Shown here in pieces: positions 60,601 through 64,000 of a stretch of DNA of 64,000 nucleotides. Numbering within the stretch: the first letter of the stretch is position 1; each line of letters begins with the position of its first letter. The notes under the pieces were generated by a model, which saw only the letters and a list, made by a program, of their open reading frames with translations, searched no databases and was not told the DNA's origin. A program made the position numbers and the translations under genes. Source of the stretch: Porphyromonadaceae bacterium UBA4277 (GTDB lineage Bacteria > Bacteroidota > Bacteroidia > Bacteroidales > Muribaculaceae); NCBI GenBank assembly GCA_002395965.1, contig DGVT01000121.1, forward strand, positions 44,013-108,012, in the 5' to 3' direction.

Positions 60601-61017
60601 AAGCCCGACCCCATTGCCTATACTTCGGCCGACAACTATGTGATGATAGGCTCGTTTATCGACCAAAACCTCGATAACATCTACACAATGAACGCACAGG
60701 GCAACCGCTTCGTCGTGAGTGCCGACACTCAGAACGTGGATCCGTTCCGCGCCTACTTCTTAGCACAGACCGAAGTGAGCGATGGCGGACACATCGACAT
60801 CGTGCTCAACGAGACTGCCGAAGAGCCCGTAGAGACTATCAAGGGCGATGTGAACCTCGACGGCCGCGTGGATGTGGATGACGCGAACATCATCATTGCC
60901 ATCATTCTGGGCAAAGATCAGGCCGAGAACTACGACCGTCGTGCCTATGTCAATGATGACGATGCAGTGGATGTGGATGACGTGAACGCAATAATTCGCA
61001 TCATCCTCAACAAGTAA
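57637..61017 (+). CDS. C10 cysteine peptidase with Spi-like prodomain, long C-terminal beta-domains and dockerin-like domain
   Basis: GGFVIVSGDDRTNPILGYS, WDQATPY, TGCVATAMSQIM, GHSFICDGY, HINWGWGG; tail KGDVNLDGRVDVDDANIIIAIIL...DDAVDVDDVNAIIRIIL. Confidence 0.93.
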   Translation: MSIKKNLLLVLAILLPLTLLAGVVSPSQALNEAKTFAQGRKVMAAVNTPAGAKRAQSADASAYYYVFNIADNGGFVIVSGDDRTNPILGYSDAGYFDATKIPANMKSWLDGYAEQIKALDTMSDGEAARLLAAPRKAAVPTRNSIAPLITTKWDQATPYWNECPQFMNSDDEADGYELAYTGCVATAMSQIMNFHKFPAQTSQVIPAYSFTYSDGNYNYSTVQMDELPITTFDWEHMRDTYTGAEDEVYTKAVAHLMLYVGCAIKSQYGVSATGAYTDDIPKGFALFGYGSKLAYRNDYTQEVWDDMVYAELAAGRPMIYNGTAGSGGGHSFICDGYEYGDYFHINWGWGGMGNGYFQLAVLNPKASGIGGSASAEGYNMKQNIVYNIVPGGATPSGDDDEEEPALTVTFTNGPSGWERDAASLPFKIYKSKIVKVGYSDHSGSGKKFKTALALLNPADGTFSVLPNSEDNVYMQVTTSALGQTHSFGSGVASNSSLVIPFGAGLTGTYHLVGVYQLEGTTDWKVMKEADRHYLEVNMSNTDCQASAHPVINLQATNWEFTGGERVNAKEQIHVTLKNNSVDRFYGDLYLDFGGQQIDEYSQYTTVVTGEVLPGQENTITFNVTPASSGNKTVRVMLIDQYGYYNTIAQTTVNIAESTEAEELNLSVVIKTENSVPADNAGDFDVIYDSHARFSAAITNHSNGEYNKYVLAPLFIVEKNEDGSVVGGSMVTYKQQTISLAAGETKTYYFDFDNLAYGSTYAMNIYARNNVPDSEDASHVDNIVEPGHSVYYDIKPGIITWTADGTRNGVKPVENFQVAADVAAVSLEGITLNNIVPNDNPNTIYVLDEGATAPQSIAGLNVVTGNTASSIALKDGYPYFIPQSFTAGTVSYERTFTTGRVAGQDGGFSTVVLPFAPTSVTAAGSELQRYNAGTDAGKDYWMLYFNQENDGVANFDYASQIEANVPYVMAVNSKLIGKPVTMAAENVLLKPDPIAYTSADNYVMIGSFIDQNLDNIYTMNAQGNRFVVSADTQNVDPFRAYFLAQTEVSDGGHIDIVLNETAEEPVETIKGDVNLDGRVDVDDANIIIAIILGKDQAENYDRRAYVNDDDAVDVDDVNAIIRIILNK

Positions 61018-61040
61018 CAATCAAGTTACATATATAGAAG

Positions 61041-61078
61041 ATCGAGGCTTGGAAAGTTCCAAGCCTCGATTCTTATTT
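61041..61078. terminator. Intrinsic terminator between convergent genes
   Basis: atcgaggcttggaa / ttccaagcctcgat perfect stem followed by tcttattt. Confidence 0.8.
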
Positions 61079-61166
61079 CATAAAAGTCTTAGGATTTTAT
61101 AGGATGACTTAGGTGTTTCTAAGATAACCTAAGGGGGGAGAGCCTGTTCGCGTCAGCCCAACTGTC

Positions 61167-61268
61167 AATTATTCATTATTCATTATTCATTGTTCATTAT
61201 TCATTATTCATTATTCATTATTCATTATTCATTAGTAATTATTCATTATTCATTATTAATTATTAATT
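61167..61268. repeat. (TTATTCA)n heptamer simple-sequence repeat overlapping the ispG stop
   Basis: About 14 near-perfect units read directly from the sequence. Confidence 0.9.
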
Positions 61269-62899
61269 GGCTCTCGCCAGTCGCCGCCGGCCTTGATCAG
61301 GGCGATGAGGTGGTCGATAGCCTCGTCAGTGGGAATGTTCTTCTCCACGCACTGCTTGTTCTTATACAGGCTGATGCGTCCCGGGCCTGCACCCACATAG
61401 CCATAGTCGGCGTCGGCCATTTCGCCCGGCCCGTTGACAATGCATCCCATCACGCCAATCTTGAGGTGCGACAGGTGAGCCGTGGCCTGCTGCACGCGGT
61501 GCACGGTGGTCTGCAGGTCGAAAAGAGTGCGTCCGCACGACGGGCACGAGATAAACTCGGTCTTGCTCATGCGCAGCCTTGCTGCTTGCAGGATGCCGAA
61601 GGCGATGCGCGTCACATCGTCTTGGTTGTCATAGGCCGGTGCGTCAATCCAGATGCCATCCACCAGGCCGCTCATCACCACCGGCCCCAGGTCGGCGCCG
61701 GCTTTCACTTGCAGCCACTCGAGGTCGGTGTCGTCGTAGTGTACGCGGGCGATAACCGGCAGTGTGTTACCCTCGTCGGCAAGCTGGTGAAGCTGTTGCA
61801 GCAGTGAGCCGGGTATGTTGGCGTTTTCGGGTGTGACGACCAGCAGCTGGCCGTAAAGGTCACCCAGCTGGTCGGGTGTGAAGTCGGGTTTCATGGTGGC
61901 ATCATCGGTCATCTCGCTCACCACGAGTGGCGTGCGGTGCCCTGCCACGGTGGCTGCGGCGCGGTGAGGCGGGCACAGCGGGTCATAGCCCTTGCTGAGG
62001 CTGCCCTCGATGTGTGGGTGCCCTTGCCGTGCGGTGACATATTTCACGAGCTTGTTGGCTACCGGAATTTCCAGCTCAGGGTCTTCGCTGAGCGACACGC
62101 GAATGGTGTCGCCAAGTCCTTCGCTCAGCAGAGTGCCGATGCCCACTGCGCTCTTGATGCGTCCGTCCTCGCCGAAGCCGGCTTCGGTCACTCCCAGGTG
62201 CAACGGGAAGTGCATTCCCTCGGCATCCATTGCGGCCACCACGCGCCTCACGGCCTCGACCATGACCACGACGTTGCTGGCTTTCATGCTGATGACAACG
62301 TCGTGGAAATCCTGGGCCACAAACACTCGCAGAAACTCCATCACGCTCTCAACCATGCCGGCGGCTGTGTTGCCATAGCGGCTCATGATGCGGTCGCTCA
62401 GCGACCCGTGGTTCACACCCAGGCGCACGGCAGTGCCATGCTCGCGGCAAATCTCGATGAACGGCAGCAGCTTGTCGTGTATTTTTTGAAGTTCGGCCTG
62501 ATACTGCTCGTCGGTGTAGGTGAGATGCTTGAAGGTGCGTGCCGGATCCACGAAGTTGCCGGGGTTGATGCGCACCTTGTCGGTGAGTGCGGCGGCAGCA
62601 AATGCCGCCTGTGGATTGAAGTGAATGTCGGCCACCAACGGCACATTGCAACCTTGCTTGCGCAGCAGGTTGCGCACCATGCCTATGCCTTCGGCTTCGC
62701 GCACGCCTTGTGCCGTGAGCCGCACATAGTGTGCCCCGGCTTGGGCTATGCGCAGGCACTGCTCGGCACTGCGTTCGGTGTCGTTGGTGTCGGTGTTGGT
62801 CATCGATTGCACTCTTATGGGGTAGTCGCTGCCCATGGGCACGCCGCCCACGTTCACGCTCACCGTCTTGCGGCGGTTATAGTCAAATGCGCTGTTCAT
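61256..62899 (-). CDS. ispG: 4-hydroxy-3-methylbut-2-en-1-yl diphosphate synthase
   Basis: PIRVQSMTNT, PLVADIHF, KVRINPGN, GVNHGSLS, HLGVTEAG, GDTIRVSL, SCPSCGRT, MGCIVNGPGE; start moved to MNSAFDY. Confidence 0.97.
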   Translation of the reverse strand: MNSAFDYNRRKTVSVNVGGVPMGSDYPIRVQSMTNTDTNDTERSAEQCLRIAQAGAHYVRLTAQGVREAEGIGMVRNLLRKQGCNVPLVADIHFNPQAAFAAAALTDKVRINPGNFVDPARTFKHLTYTDEQYQAELQKIHDKLLPFIEICREHGTAVRLGVNHGSLSDRIMSRYGNTAAGMVESVMEFLRVFVAQDFHDVVISMKASNVVVMVEAVRRVVAAMDAEGMHFPLHLGVTEAGFGEDGRIKSAVGIGTLLSEGLGDTIRVSLSEDPELEIPVANKLVKYVTARQGHPHIEGSLSKGYDPLCPPHRAAATVAGHRTPLVVSEMTDDATMKPDFTPDQLGDLYGQLLVVTPENANIPGSLLQQLHQLADEGNTLPVIARVHYDDTDLEWLQVKAGADLGPVVMSGLVDGIWIDAPAYDNQDDVTRIAFGILQAARLRMSKTEFISCPSCGRTLFDLQTTVHRVQQATAHLSHLKIGVMGCIVNGPGEMADADYGYVGAGPGRISLYKNKQCVEKNIPTDEAIDHLIALIKAGGDWREPINN

Positions 62900-62928
62900 T
62901 ATGCAGGAATTAATAATGATTGAAACAA

Positions 62929-63567
62929 TTAACCGAATAGTTTTATCATCAGTGTCACGCAGGCATAGCCATTGGCAAAGCCTGCCAGCACTTGCAGCAG
63001 GTCGTGGCGCTTGAGCACCATGCGCGATGTGCCTAAAATGCCTGCCAGCAGAATAGTGAAGCACAGCACCCAGAACAGGTTGAAGGCGCTGAGCCCTTGC
63101 ACATGAATTTGATACAGCAATGCCACGATGCCACCAATGCCCGCCATGTGGGCACTGATTTTCCACCACAGGTTCACGATGAGTGATACCAGGCATGCCA
63201 GTCCGCCTCCGGCAGCAAACATGATGAACCACATGGGTGAGTGGATGTTATTAAGGTAGAAAGCAGCGGCGGCATAGCACAGCACGGCAAAGGCGTAGGG
63301 GATGAGCCGCTCGTTGCGCTTGTCGAGCCGCTTGTTGCTGATAATCTTGAAATGGTGCAGCACGCCGATGGCACTAATCGGCAGCACGGTGGTGATGCCG
63401 AATATCATGATTAGCACCATGATGCGTGTGCCCATGGGCAGCAGGCACAGCACCGATGTCCACAGCACGAGAAACACGCCATAGGTGGGCATGACCAGTG
63501 GGCTGAGCACCGATGAGAAGAAGTGTGCCGAGCCGGCAATGAGCCTGTTAATGTTATATCGTTTCAT
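62929..63567 (-). CDS. PAP2-like integral membrane protein
   Basis: Multiple TM helices, KISAHM and SRMVLKRH..LQVLAG; follows rpoN as in other Bacteroidales. Confidence 0.75.
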   Translation of the reverse strand: MKRYNINRLIAGSAHFFSSVLSPLVMPTYGVFLVLWTSVLCLLPMGTRIMVLIMIFGITTVLPISAIGVLHHFKIISNKRLDKRNERLIPYAFAVLCYAAAAFYLNNIHSPMWFIMFAAGGGLACLVSLIVNLWWKISAHMAGIGGIVALLYQIHVQGLSAFNLFWVLCFTILLAGILGTSRMVLKRHDLLQVLAGFANGYACVTLMIKLFG

Positions 63568-63624
63568 TATGTAGTGATAATGTTTTTCGTCAAGTGGCCC
63601 GGTGGGTTGTCACAGCCGGGAGTG

Positions 63625-64000
63625 TCAGTGTATGATTTTACGCAGTGATGCTTTGGGTATGCCTTGGCTCTCACGATACTTGCTGATGGTGCGGCGGGCT
63701 ATGTTGTAGCCGTTGCGGTTAAGCAAGTCGCACAGGGTGCTGTCGCTGTAGGGGTGGCGCTTGTCTTCGCTATCGACGATGCGCTTGAGGGCTTCTTTGA
63801 TTTCGCGTGTGGAAACACCGTCGATGCCCTCGGAGAAGAAAAACTTCAGCGGCTTGATGCCCCATTGTGTGTCAACATATTTGTTGGTCGTGGCTCGTGA
63901 AATCACCGATACGTCCATAGCCACGTCGTCGGCAATGTTCTGTAGCGTGAGTGGCCGTAAGTCGGCACTGTCGCCGGTAAAGAAGTATTCCCTCTGCCGC
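63625..64000 (-). CDS. rpoN: RNA polymerase sigma-54 factor (3' part; runs off the right edge)
   Basis: RPLTLQNIADDV.MDVSVISR HTH and RpoN box IARRTISKYRE. Confidence 0.93.
   Translation of the reverse strand, partial: RQREYFFTGDSADLRPLTLQNIADDVAMDVSVISRATTNKYVDTQWGIKPLKFFFSEGIDGVSTREIKEALKRIVDSEDKRHPYSDSTLCDLLNRNGYNIARRTISKYRESQGIPKASLRKIIH

Noticed and set aside
61190-61807. ORF starting MFIIHYSLFIIHYSL
   Set aside because: Translation artefact of the TTATTCA heptamer repeat, antisense to ispG.
62899-62929. ispG directly after the PAP2-like gene, without the gcvH-purE genes I recall from Bacteroides
   Set aside because: Based on memory of synteny only; ordinary lineage rearrangement with no scar visible.

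Overview
Chromosomal window from a Bacteroidales bacterium, probably Muribaculaceae/Prevotellaceae-like, judged from TAnnTTTG -7 promoters, SusC/SusD genes and dockerin-tailed secreted proteins. Core genes are secA (partial), folK, rimP-nusA-infB, tsaE, birA, a PduO-type adenosyltransferase, DUF2795, a Na/Pi symporter with a PhoB/PhoR-like pair, a Btu/Fec-type ABC transporter, an ECF sigma locus, RluA, rsmD, ispG and rpoN (partial). Carbohydrate enzymes are GH13, GH3 and GH2. Accessory features: (1) a CXXX-repeat radical SAM/SPASM RiPP cassette with a 16-Cys core and an RR-motif leader, preceded by a ~300-nt structured leader with mutually exclusive antiterminator/terminator pairings; (2) two dispersed copies of a ~124-nt GAA-hairpin element with compensatory base changes; (3) a 2.9-kb integrase-less islet bounded by a 28-bp duplication of the DUF2795 3' end; (4) a DUF3791-DUF3990-DUF3791 ART-like islet; (5) a SusC/SusD locus without recognisable polysaccharidases beside dockerin-bearing proteins. 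All family calls come from motif recognition by eye; no searches or folding programs were run.
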